Shown: one piece after another, positions 1 through 12,689 of the stretch
Layout of the letters: each line of letters begins with the position of its first letter
Position numbering within the stretch: the stretch's first letter is position 1
DNA from: Parasitella parasitica NRRL 2501
Taxonomy: Eukaryota > Fungi > Mucoromycota
Length of the DNA: 64,000 nt
Assembly: GCA_025201805.1 (NCBI GenBank)
Contig: MU619259.1
Location: 129,594 to 193,593 of the forward strand
Direction of reading: 5' to 3'
Notes under the pieces: generated by a model
The model's input: only the letters and a program-made list of their open reading frames with translations
What the model was told of the DNA's origin: nothing
The model's database searches: none
Made by a program: the position numbers and the translations under genes

Positions 1-442
1 CTTATTTAGATGTCTAATGTCTAACGGATATATAAGAATTAATTTATCAGTTATGAAATTCAAAAATTTTTGTGTTGTGGCCCGTTTGTAATTGTTCAGT
101 TTCAGGTATCTGAAGTACATGTCTTTATTGTATTGAAAAATGGGAAAATAGAAGCCCCAAATAGTCATCATTTAAAAATCCCTATTGCTCCTGCACAGTG
201 GCTGTTTGATCTCTATTCTTAGGCATCTCAGAAACTTCACAGCTTTAATCAGAAACAAAAATTTTGTTATAGAAACCCTAATAAATATGATTACAAACTT
301 TTTTAAAAAGACTCTTTAAAGCAGCAATGACAAAAGTGCAATTCAACAATTTGATTGGTCAAATTATCTTTACCTTGCATAAATCGATCATAGCAAATGT
401 CCTATGCTGTCATATGGATTAATGATTTTATTAAACAGGTTC

Positions 443-452
443 NNNNNNNNNN
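443..452. other. Assembly gap (10 N)
   Basis: Run of n characters followed by a poly-A tract. Confidence 0.99.
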
Positions 453-535
453 AAAAAAAAAAGAAAAAAAGGAACGTGTATGAGGAAAGAGAAAAAAAAA
501 AGCGTACAACAAACATAAATGTATTATAAAACCTC

Positions 536-2375
536 TTAATCCTCACTTAAACCGACCAATTCTTTACCCATCTTTTTGTCCAAACGACAAATAGGATAAT
601 CCTTGATCATGGCGATATTAACCTTATGACCTAAAAGATCACGAATATTAGAGATGCCGTATTTAACCATGGTAGGACGTTCAAGACCAAGGCCCCAAGC
701 AATGACACGAACATCAGGAGGCAAGCCCAAAGGAAGCAGCATCTCGGGACGGAACATGCCAGAGTTACCAATTTCAACCCAAGATTTTAAACCTTCATGG
801 TACGAGAAAATCTCCATGGAAGGCTCCGTGTAAGGATTGTATGTAGGCTTGAAACGAATTTTCTCCATACCCATCTTTTTGAAAAAAACATCCATGAAGC
901 CAATAAGATCACCCAGAGTCAAGTTCTTGTCAGCTATTACACCTTCAATTTGATGGAATTCAGCTAAATGAGTAGCATCGACAGATTCATTACGGAAGAC
1001 ACGGTCAATCGAGAAATATTTGGCAGGACGGAATTCGCCAATTTTTGCAGTTTCTTCAGAGAGTTTGTGAAGCATGTACGAACTGACGGCAGTGGTGTGG
1101 GTACGCAAAATCAGTTTTTGTGCCTCTTCTTCCTTCCAAACATAATTATAGCCGATGGATCCAGTGTCACCTCCATTTTCGTGTGTTTTTTTAATCTTTT
1201 CCATCAAATCACGAGGATAACGGTCAGAGGTAGCAGGATCTGCATTGTTGAAAAAGAAAATGAGTGGAAATTGCGGGCGCATTTTTTATGCTATTTACCT
1301 TTCAAAAAGAAGGTATCATGAGCATCTCTAGCGGGATGTTGTTGAGGTTGGAAAAGAGCATCAAAGTTCCAGAAACTGGATTCCGCAAAACAGTTGGTGG
1401 GCATCTCTTGGAAACCCATTTCAAAGAAAATTTCACGGAACTCTTGACGGACCTTCATCAAGGGGTGAAGATGGCCACCTTGAGGAGGAACACCAGCAGC
1501 ATCGAAATTGTACTTTTTGAAGGTTGCATTTTTCCATTCGCCACTAAACTAGGGGTTACGAACAATTGAATTTTGCTCACCTCACAAACAAACTTACGAT
1601 TGAAGCATATCAGTAGTGATATCCGTAGCCTCCTTCTTGATTTGCACAGAGAAATCAGGGCCTTTCGATACACTGTAAGTGGTGGTCTTCCTACAAGATG
1701 AAGAATTCAGTGTCCGTTGGAATGACATGCTGTTGTATAGTCTGTGAGTCATACTGTTTGTCAATCAAGGTTCTCTTTTTCAATTCAGCAAGAGTCTTTT
1801 GGTTTTCGAGAGTACCCGTAGACTCAATTTGCTTCAAGTCTCTTTGAGTTTCATCGACAATGCTTTCGACTAAACGAACCAAATTAGCTCCGTTCTTTGA
1901 GATCCACTTGTTTTTGAAAGCTTTGCCCTGGCCAGGCTTTGCTGAAGGCCCTACCTTGGCCTTTTCCAGAACAGAAAAAGTGTTAATTGGGGGGGAGGGA
2001 GGAGCATAACAAGGTGCAGTTCAATGAAATACCTGAAGCTCATTAATGGGAAGACCTTCATCTCCAGCAGGAATAGCTTCAAAAACGCGAGCTTCATGGC
2101 TGCCATCCTTGGCAACCTGCTTGCCTTCCTCGGTAAGAATCCAGGAAATATGTTCAATAGGAGTAAAGTCAATCATCTAATGCTTATGCGTGAGTTAAAG
2201 TAGAGTCTGGCACAAGAGATACTACCTCTTTGGACTTTAAACTTGCAAGGGCACCAAGAAGGACAAGCTGATCGACAGGTCCGTCGTTGAGTGTCAAGTC
2301 CTTTGTATTAGCAATGGTGTCGCACTTGTCAAGTGTGGTGAGCACAAGGGTCTGCAAATCTTCGGTGGTCGCCAT
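536..2375 (-). CDS. FRS2: Phenylalanyl-tRNA synthetase alpha subunit, cytosolic (multi-exon)
   Basis: Class II aaRS motifs [44 protein letters not shown] in ORF 536-1282. N-terminal exons start MATTEDLQ at ATG 2375. Several GT-AG introns. Confidence 0.96.
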
Positions 2376-2769
2376 ATCGAATTTGCGTATAAAGAAGAAG
2401 AGATATATGGATGATCGACCGCAAGGCAATCACCTAACAAAAATTTACAAAAAAAAAGCCACCCATTGCGATGGCGCCCATTCTCCATCCAAAGCTTGCC
2501 TTGCTGGGCCTATTAAGAATTGCATCAGAGCTTCATTTGCTGGCTAAAGAGCAAGCTAATGCACCGGATATAATAAAGCAAATGGCCATAGCTAATAATA
2601 GCACAGTTTCATTCATTCAGCAGACTATCAAATGCGTTTAATTTTAGCTTCTACAATGGAACATGTCACTTTAGTCGCTCGATGGACGAGCACGAATACG
2701 GACAATCAATTGTTCCTTTGTGAACGTGCTTGCTTTGGTATTACGTGTTTTCTTTTTATCCTTACCACA

Positions 2770-5195
2770 ATGACCAACAATAAAGTGCGCACTAGCAATG
2801 CTTCTACAAAAAGAAAAGCAGAGCAAAGCTCTGATGTCAAGCGTCAGCAAAGGCCCAAGTTGGACATGAGTCAAGGGCCTCGCATACCTGTTCGATCGAC
2901 TTTGGCTAGTCGTTCAAATCACACTTCACCTACAGCCGGTGAGAACAATAGCAACAACACCAAGCAGAGATTATCCAACATATCTACATCGTCCATCAGC
3001 TCAAGCGCAAGATTGTCGAACGCTTCAATCAATTCTAATTCAAGCACAACTTCGGTATCATCATCCAAATCCAAATCCAAATCCAAACCCACCTCAGCAG
3101 CAAATGCTGTTACTGTCAACAAAAAACCACTCAAGACCACCAAGGCTTCCATTCCAAAATGGGACACAAAAGGTAGACTGAATCAATTGCAATCAAAGCT
3201 TAGCGAGTCCAACGAAAAAGGTAAGCCAAAGAGTATTTCCGTACGTGTATTCTGTTGCTAATGCAGCTGCAAAATTGTAGTCAGTGAAATCGAAAAGCTG
3301 CATCAAGATTTGGAATCAAGCGTGCAGAGTAAAGAATCACTGCTGATGGAGGCAATGCAAAAAGTTACGGATCTGGAGAATACGATCAAGGTAAATCTCA
3401 GTCTTTATTTTACACCGAGTAGATGATTTACCATGTTGACAGACAACCGAGGAGCGGCACCAGGTTGAACTGCGACGAATTCGAGAAAAGTTTGTTTCAA
3501 AGAACAGAGACCTTATATACCAAAATGATAAGCGGAAATCACACCTGTCTGAACTGGAGAAAGAGCTTAGTAGCATGGAGGTCGACTATAGAGAAACGGC
3601 CAGAGCAATCGAAGTTGAGAAGAAAGAGAATGCAACTCTCAAATCAACTAGACGCAATGTAGAAGGGTCTCTGTCTCAATTGGATGCTGATACCAGGAGC
3701 AAGCGTCTTCAAAAGAAGGCAAGTGAGAGTAGTTGTGCTTATCAATGTATGCTTATTCATTTTATTTCATTTTATTTCATTTTATTTTATTTTATCTTTT
3801 TGTAATACAGAGCTTGCTTTCCTCGCTGAAAGCAGCTGAAGAGAAGTCGGTAGAACTATCAGATCAAATGAAGGCCAGGAGTCGATATGTCCAAGAGCTG
3901 CAGGGATCGCTATTGCAAAATGAAAAACTTCGCAGAAAGGATCATGACAAATTACAGGAATTGAAGGGCAATATTCGTGTATTTTGCAGGGTGCGACCAG
4001 CCATAAGTAAGTTTTCAAATGTGAGAGATGGACAACAAACAACTAAACAAGAAAGCAGGTTCCACAGCTGAGCCCAACCTTATTGATGCCCGTTTCTTTG
4101 GTGAAGACAACGAAAGCATGGAGCTGACAGAACAGGTGTCGTCTACACTGGGGAAAGCCTCCACCAAAACACACACATTTACGTTTGATAGAGTCTTTTC
4201 GCCCGAATCCAGCCAAAAGGATTGCTATGAGGAAATATCGCAGCTTGTGCAATCGGCACTGGATGGATTTAATGTTTGTATATTTGCATATGGCCAGACT
4301 GGCAGTGGTAAAACGTTCACGATGCAAGGACCTTGTGCACCCACAGAAGAAACATCTGGTATGATTCCACGTGCAGTGCAGCAGATTTATGAGGTAGTTC
4401 AGCAGTTGAAACAGTTTGGCTGGGAATACAGAATGGAAGGACAATTCTTGGAGATTTACAACGAGACTATAAACGATTTATTAGGAAATACGTCGAATTA
4501 TGGCAAAATCAAGCATGAAATACATCATGAAAAGAACGGCAAGACGACTGTTACAGATATGACGTCTGGTAAGCAGTTTTAGTTTTAAGGTTAACCTTTC
4601 CACCTATCTCAAACATAATATTATTGTTACATAGTCATACTGGATTCTCCCTCCAAAGTGAAGATCATGCTGAGGAAAGCCGGTCAGAATCGAGCAACGG
4701 GAGCGACCAACATGAATGAACGCTCCTCGAGAAGCCACAGTGTATTTACGCTTCAACTCACAGGACACAATAAGACAACTGGCGAAAACACGAGTGGTAT
4801 TTTGAACTTGATTGATTTGGCTGGCTCAGAACGATTATCCATGTCAGGTTCAACCGGTGATCGCTTACGTGAAACACAAGCGATTAATAAGAGTTTGAGC
4901 TGTCTCGGTGATGTGATTCATGCTCTGGTAAACAACAAAGAAGGCGGGCATATACCCTACAGAAATTCAAAGCTAACTTACCTGCTTCGAAACTCATTGG
5001 GTGGGAATTGCAAGACGCTGATGTTTGTCAATGTATCTCCATTGATGGAGCATTTTGGAGAGAGCCTGTGTTCGCTGCGGTTTGCAACCAAGGTAGATTT
5101 GCGCGCAAGATGCGAGTTCCTGTTTACTAACTACGTTGCTACAATCACAGGTCAATTCGTGTCAAGTGGCTACAGCAAAGAAGCTAGTCAAATAA
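2770..5195 (+). CDS. KAR3: Kinesin-14 (Kar3/KlpA/Ncd type) with C-terminal motor (multi-exon)
   Basis: Neck [15 protein letters not shown]-loop YGQTGSGKT, switch I NERSSRSH, switch [10 protein letters not shown]-terminal basic tail with WDTKGRL and coiled coil. Last exon 5151-5195 reads [14 protein letters not shown]. Confidence 0.95.
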
Positions 5196-5492
5196 TAACC
5201 CATTGTATTTATGCTGCATGCCTTTCATCATTTTGTTTGGTATCAACTTTTTGTGTTGAAACATCTTGGAATAAACAAAAAGGCAAAAGTCCACGTGATG
5301 AACAGTTGTTGATGCTATTGTCCTGTTTGCTTCTATAAAAAAACTAGTTTTATTGGTTCCATTATTTGATCTTTTTAGTATAAATATGATGCCTATAAAT
5401 ATGGGCGATCTTTCTTTACTCCTTGTGAACCCCCTTTTATTTCTCGCTTTTTTTTTTTTCTTTTTTTCCATATTTTTCACAACGTCTAAAAT

Positions 5493-7764
5493 ATGGCAAG
5501 AGACAACACGCCGAATTCATTGGTGCGCAACATGTCGAGGGATGCCATGACTACAACCCCGTTGTCCAACACAACGACATTGGACGACACCATCCTGTTT
5601 GAAAAAATGAACAGAGAATGTATTCTATTCCCAACTTATGCCAAGCGAGATCCCAAAGGTATTGATTTGATGACATAATAGTGCATCTCTGCTAAATACT
5701 CGGTAGATCCCTCAAAATGGATTATAAAGACAAAAGGCTGGGCATTGTCTCACAATAGCTCAACGGCCAAGCAGAAAATGATGATGGGTAAGTCGCCTTT
5801 TAATTACGATACGATGCAGTTCCCTCCCCCACCCCCCCACTGACGAACGGCAATCTTAGGTATTACAAAAAGTGTTGCTGGCAAATCTTCTGCCGATAGT
5901 AAATCTTCTCAAATGTTTGAGCAGCGTTTCAAATATTTCTTGGCCACTAACAAGCGCTTCAAGCCATTCCTGATACAAGCAATCGGCATCACAACATTAG
6001 AAGATTCACGATTAGAATTGCAGAAAAGACAGGATGAAAGCCAATTGCAGCAAGCAATGATGAATCATCAAACGCTGTTTATGAGCATGATATCCGCCAG
6101 ATTCAGCCAAATGATGACCACAATCAAGACAAAATCATGTACAAACGACACGATTTCTTTTCCGTTAACACCACCCACTGATGATGACTATGACGATGAA
6201 GACAACGACGACGACGATGACAGCGACGATGACGATGCAGAAAATTGGCTAGCAAGCGACTACTTTACTGACATTGTATCTCGACCGACCAACCCAATCT
6301 CATCCGTCCTCGATGGCACCTTCGCCAACAACATGGAGCCTATCCCCACGATGATGACCACCCCATACGCCACTACCCATTATACCCAACAGCTGCAGCA
6401 AACTCAAGTGCGACTGACAACAAAAAGCTCTGGGTTTTTGCAAGGCCAATTCAATGTGCCTCATGTTACGATACTAAATTGGGCTCAGGAACAAAACCAG
6501 TGCGATGCAAGATTAATTCGCATTCAATCGACGTGTACCGAAAAGTCGAGCAAAAGGTTCTCGCCCAATTACGGGATTGTGAGCTTGATCGAGCCAACTG
6601 GGATATCCATAATATCCGACATCGACGACACCATCAAAGACACACAAATCCTGTCGGGAGCAAGAACCGTACTATCAAAAACATTCTTCGAGCCACCACA
6701 AGGTGTGTCAGGCATGGCGGACGCTTACATGGCTTGGGTTAGTGTATTTTAAACAAACAAACACTTTTTGTGCTAACCTCACTATTATTTATTGTGTACA
6801 GTATACTCAAGGTGCCTCGTTTCACTATGTATCAAACAGTCCATTCCAGCTCATGCCCATGCTGGAAAAATTTTTGCGAGATTCGCAGTTCCCCCCAGGC
6901 TCAATGCACCTAAGAGACGACGGGAAGCTGCTATCTCGACTTGTGGAAACACCAGGCCAAGCGAAGCGTGATGCCATTCTTAAGATTATTGCTGATTTCC
7001 CACAACGCCGTTTTGTGCTGATTGGGGATTCTGGGGAAATAGATTTGGAAATTTACACTCGTATTGCATCAGAGTTCCCTGATCAGATTCTCAAAATTTA
7101 TATCCGTGATGTGACAACACCTGATGCAAAAGCCATCCACAGCCTCAAAAAGAAGAAGAAGAAGCAGCAGCAGCAGCAACAGCAGCAACAGCAGCGAAGA
7201 AGAAGCAGCACTCTCTCTTCGTTGTTCCAGTCCACCCGCAGATCGTTCTCCACGCCAATCTCTTCTCGAAACAGCTCTCTAACAAGCGAAGAAACCATTC
7301 AGCCACCCAAAGAAAAGAAGAAGAAGAAGTTCAGATCCCCCTTGGGAATGCGCCGAGCAGTGTCTACAACATTAGCAGAGTACGCCGTCGAGCCGCGCCT
7401 CACAGGACATCATAGAACGACCGTTTGCATCGATTCAAAGCAGCAAAGTAATAATGACGACGACGATGAACAAGACGGACTGTTGGACCCTCACCTGTAC
7501 CAAAAAAAGATCTCTACCGTAGAAGCATGCGCTCAGCTTTACCAGCGTGTTGAAAAAGCCCGGCTGCAAGTACCTGACATCGACATTGTTCTCTTTCAGA
7601 ATGCTGAAGTGCTACAAAACGACAGCGCTATTCGTAACTCTCTATGGGATCTGTGGGATGATCAAAGCAACTCCTCTTTCTGCGACGACGACGATGAAGA
7701 GGATGATAACGATTACGAGTCGCATCAAAACAGATTATTTGCATCATCCCCAAGTACCTTTTAA
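5493..7764 (+). CDS. App1-like phosphatidate phosphatase (DUF2183 HAD domain), multi-exon
   Basis: ISDIDDTIK (DxDxT), FHYVSNSP, FPPGSMHLR, FVLIGDSGEIDLEIY and IYIRDV motifs. Confidence 0.88.
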
Positions 7765-8169
7765 CTCATGTATACCAAACTCACCAACGGCATTGCTTCA
7801 TTTAATCTTTTTCTGCATTTTACCACCCACCTCTCTTTTTTGAACAAAAACTTGTACTATATAAATTAACCATCTAAAAGGCAGATCATGTATTGCACAA
7901 TGACGCTTCATAATCGCACAGATACATGATGCATAATTTTACTGTACTGCATTGCTAGGGTGTTGATTTATAGTAATCTTGTCAAGCAATGCTATTTTTG
8001 TTACGTGTTTGTGTTACAGGAGAGGTGGTAAATGCAAGAGGGTTTATTATTATACATTGACAATTTAGATATTCATCGACAAGAGAATGGGGGGGGGGGG
8101 AGAAGTGGCGCTTTCTTTGGGCCGATGTAGTAGTTTCAAGAATCTCGGTCAACATTTCCCGCAATTCAT

Positions 8170-9760
8170 CGTTCGAAATAGAAATTGCCTAAACTACACA
8201 GACTCTCAGGAATATCAACCAAGAGTTGAAGACGCATTGACTTATAAAGAGGTGCAATGATATACAGCTGAATCAGTACGTTTATCGGCCTATATGGACA
8301 AGTGGATAACCTACATCTACACCTGGTCATGGACATATACAGTAAACTACTAGAAAAAAAAATTACCATCACATCATGTGCTATACATCAAAACAACCTA
8401 ATAGCTACCGTTCTTCCTTTAGGCTTCGATTTCTCGTCAAAGGGATGCAACCTTGATTGCAAGAGACAGCAAACACACATGGCCATTCAACACCTGTAAG
8501 ATGATTAGTAAATCCCTCTCCCCCCCCCAAATCGAATTGTTGCCAATTATTGTTATTATGTCCAAGAAGCTGTGCTTATTTACAAGAGATAATCATAAAC
8601 ATGTCTGGTTTGATAGTCGGCAATGTTTCTCTCTGGAGAGTTGACTATGTTCAAAAAGCCCAGATAAGTAAGTTTCAGCGAGAATTTGCAGTAATTCATT
8701 AGATCTTTGACCTCCATTCTTTTGACGAATGATTCTGCGCCAATCTTTGAAAAGATGTTGGATTTAAACGACAAAATGACATGCTCACTTACATTATCAA
8801 ATGAGATCAGTATATTCTTTAAAGTTGATTCAAAATAATGCGATAAAGATCGCGTTCTACCCAAGATTGCGCAGTCTCTGTATGTAATTAGCCCTTTCGA
8901 GTTGTTGATTATACCTTGCATTCCATTAACAACATACTCGGCTTGAGTATATTTGTTGAGAGGCATAGCTAGTGTGATTCGAGCCTCATCAGAATTCCTG
9001 ATATCTACAGGTTGAGATATTATCATTTTGTCTATATATTTCAAAATGTTACATACGCAAACAAATATAGTATATATACATAGCATCAGTAAGTGTACCT
9101 TGATTAATGACATGTAATGCAGACCTTATGATAAACCTGGTACTTTGATAATTTTTCACTAGAGTGCAATCAGCTCATTTTAGACGTACCACGAACTGTT
9201 GTGAGCCTTTTTCCATCCGACATTACATGAATAAATTCTTGCACTAAATCGGTGATGTCTTGACACTTGTCGACAAGCACAACCTCAATTTTTTTTGCGT
9301 GCAACTTCACACTCTTTCAAAACTTCGCATGCTTTAATCAAGCAATCACAACAATCCTTGTCGAATAGCAATAATATGATCAGTTTGAAATTCTCAAATT
9401 AACGAGTAAAAATATCCAATTTTATTTGCATATCTCGTAAATATCAGATATCTGCTCTTAACTTCTGCTGAAATGACCGTAGAACCGAGATCTAACTTGG
9501 AAAACATAGCGCTCATTCACCACTATCTGACAATCAGCATTTGTATTGATGTTTTCCATGATATATATAACATTATTAGCTGAAATCACAAAATTACAAA
9601 TCAAAATTACTTAAAATCGCTTATAGGCTTTGATAAAGTGCCAGATAAACCCTGAGTCTTTTACGCCATTAAAACAGACATGATCATCGCTATCTGAGTA
9701 TAACTTGGTGTCCACTAGGCGATGTGTCTTTTTAAAGTTATGTGCAAAAATAGTTTTATT
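8170..9760 (-). pseudogene. Decayed UvrD/Srs2-type SF1A DNA helicase gene (copy 1)
   Basis: Minus-strand translation gives motif II VLVDKCQD (~9257-9280, E to K), motif III-like LTTVRG, CAILGRTR...FVKRMEVKDLMNY...IVNSPERNI (ORF 8580-9113), motif V GVEWPCVFAV (~8465-8494) and motif VI EER/LLYMSMTRC (~8319-8345). Frameshifts and stops present, intron remnants retained, no Walker A seen. Confidence 0.8.
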
Positions 9761-11074
9761 TTTCATAATTGTTTATCTACTTCATATATTAAACCAGTGT
9801 TTGCGAGGAGGAAATAGACATCATCCCAATTTGGAAAGAATAATTACCTATAAAAGAGGTTGACATCTGCGATGAAGAATTTAGCGAAAAGGATATATAA
9901 TCATAACTCTTTGATAATTATTCAATGTTAAAAATGTAAGCCAAGATCCATCAAGTTGAAAGACCTTGGATGTATTTATATTATAAAATTTGCATATTTC
10001 ATGTTGCTGTGTACGATTATCTTTATAAGCTGAATGCTCTTGATAATATTTGTCATAATGTTCAATGTTGCTCTCAGGGACATAGTCCTTACTAAAAAAA
10101 AAAAGCGTCTTACTAATTCAAATAGAATTGTGTAAAAGACTGCCAGTAGTTCACATCACCATCACCAATCGTGATACAATGATGAAATTGTACATCTTTG
10201 CGTCGTTAAGCGAATTAGGCTTGCGACAAGCTTGTATTATGTCTTAACAATCATCGGCTAGTATGTAATCAAATATTTTGTTATGGAAAAAAGCAAGTTT
10301 TTGGTGTTCAAGAATTAATTTTTTCCCAAGCGTTCAGTTGTATAAAGTACACATTTTCTTATGAAGCAATATCATATGATATTTGACGCAAACATATTAG
10401 CAATAATTTACTATAGCACATTTGATACGCTTTCATTTACTGATGTTCGGTATCATACTATTTCATATTTGAAGATCGCAAAATTTACATCTACTCACAT
10501 TTAATCGTTAGCTTGACAGATGTTCACCGCCTAATATGGTCAATTAAAGAAGGCACAAAGTTGCGGCAGTGGCACGACTGGAAGAATATGAGCGTGGACA
10601 TTTAATTACTCGTTAGTTTGAAGATTTTCTATGTGGGCTTCTGGCTTCTTCATACCTGTGCAACTATTACCTATTTTTGTCATTATTTGGCCATTGCATG
10701 TAGATATTTATTCATTGTGTTGTACCCTGATTCACGGGAAATAAAGATGAGCATTTCAAAGATTCCATCTTTCGAATAAAATTATGTTCATTGGACTTTG
10801 CTTTGTGAATGGTATAGACATTAGACATTTGATTTATAAACAAAAAGAGAGAGAGAGAGAAAAACTATGCATCGTAGCATGCATGATGTACATGTTTGGA
10901 ATAGCCCTCTTTTTGTTTTTATTTTTTTGATCTGCTGCTGCTGCTGCAGGCAGAGAACACGCATACAAAAGACATGAAACTCATAAACTCTACATTCAAA
11001 CATACTACCATTATAAACATAATTAAAAAAAAAAAAAAAAAGAACGCATATTTTAATCGATACTTGAGCGTATT

Positions 11075-12364
11075 TTATTCTTCAATCAATTGTTTTAAAA
11101 GCTGGCAATGTTCGGAAAAGGAGGCAGGGCTTGGAATATTATTAGTAATATCCATAGATGATGAAGAGGCATCATCAGACAGAGAACAAGAAGAGGGAGG
11201 GGGGGAAGCTTCTGCAAAGAACTTGCTATCATTGTTGTTATTTGTAGTTATGGCTGAAGCGGCAGCTATGGCTGACTGGAATGTTGCATTGAAGGCTGGG
11301 TGCTGCAAAGAGACATCTGACGTTATGGAAGTGGGCGATGAAGGCAACTGATGCTGCTGATTTGATTTCACTGCAGCCATAGCAGCTGCTGTAGCAACTG
11401 AAGCAGCTGTAGTAACCGGGTTGCTGCCGCAGCCGTTTTGCTGTTGCTGTAACAAGTAGGAATAGGATGTTGAGTCATTATTACTGTATAAATGATGGTT
11501 AGGAGAACTATTGTTTGAAGGATGCTGTTGGCCGTAAAAGAAATCGAATTCTGCGTCGTCTTGTGGAGTAGGTGTTGTAGAAATGAACGCGGAAGCAGCG
11601 ACAGCAGCAGCAGCAGCCGAAGTGGCCACAGTAGCTGCCAATGAAATTGAAGCAGAACTGTAGTGATGATTGCTGTAGGGAGAATGTCTTTTTCTCTTTG
11701 GCGATACTGATGATCTGTGAGGATATAGATGATGTTGACGGCGTAAAAAACTATTCATGCTACTATTACAAAGTGGCGAAGGAGGTGTGTAGATGGGTAA
11801 AGAAGCTTTTGACATGAGGGCATTGGCTGAGGCTGTTTGCTGGCATCCGTTACGCCTCGAGATGCAGAACGGGCAGTGCCTTACAAAACGAGCAATCAGC
11901 TCTTTGGGTATCCACGAATATCTCTTGCGCACCAAAGCCGAAGTTTTGTCTCTACCACCATGATGAGCTTCTTTATGTGCAATAATCAGGATATTGTAAA
12001 TGTCCTCTCTAGTCGCAACTGGCTTGCCGTCATGACAAACAAATTCCATGTGATCCGTGGTGTTTAATCGAAACATTTTCTTGACCCAGAATCTAAACTG
12101 AGCAGTTGAAATAGCAGTGTTTCGAGGGTCCTTGAGCACTTGCAAGATGAGCGAATATCGATGGTTATCAACAAGCGCTTTGTCTCGCTTCTTGGAAGAC
12201 AGATTTTGCAGATATCCGTTTACGATACTGTTAAATTCTTCTAGGGACGGAAATTGCTGGTATTCATACATAAATCCCTCGCTGTCTGTACTGTTGTTCG
12301 AGGAGTTGCTGTGCTGATAAAAGTCTTCGATGGAAGAGCACGATGAGGAAGAGCTATCTAACAT
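11075..12364 (-). CDS. Stand-alone integrase zinc-binding (H2C2) domain protein, NOL4-like, with low-complexity tail
   Basis: AQFRFWVKK...AHKEAHHGGRDKT...YSWIPKELIARFVRHCPFC is an HHCC domain. No DDE core or RT. Single 429-aa exon with S/A/Q/H-rich C-terminus. Confidence 0.8.
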   Translation of the reverse strand: MLDSSSSSCSSIEDFYQHSNSSNNSTDSEGFMYEYQQFPSLEEFNSIVNGYLQNLSSKKRDKALVDNHRYSLILQVLKDPRNTAISTAQFRFWVKKMFRLNTTDHMEFVCHDGKPVATREDIYNILIIAHKEAHHGGRDKTSALVRKRYSWIPKELIARFVRHCPFCISRRNGCQQTASANALMSKASLPIYTPPSPLCNSSMNSFLRRQHHLYPHRSSVSPKRKRHSPYSNHHYSSASISLAATVATSAAAAAVAASAFISTTPTPQDDAEFDFFYGQQHPSNNSSPNHHLYSNNDSTSYSYLLQQQQNGCGSNPVTTAASVATAAAMAAVKSNQQHQLPSSPTSITSDVSLQHPAFNATFQSAIAAASAITTNNNNDSKFFAEASPPPSSCSLSDDASSSSMDITNNIPSPASFSEHCQLLKQLIEE

Positions 12365-12689
12365 TTATATTACAAAAGCAAACGCACACAAGGTGGGGGA
12401 GGCGGGTAAATTTACAAAATATGGCAAAAAAGATCAACAACTCGGCATGGTGCTATTTATACCACAGGAAGGTGAAATCTAATATGTCTAAATATGAGAG
12501 TTTGGCGGGAAAATGTATGTGTGCAGGATATTTACTGTGTAGAATGTTGTTTTGCTTGCTATGTTGTTATGTTGTTGTAAAAGAAAAAGAAAAAGAAAAA
12601 AACCTTAATTTAACCGTTTATAACTACACTATGATTAGCATTCCCTGAGATTTCCCCCCCCCCTTTGATTTGTCTGTGCGCAAACATTT

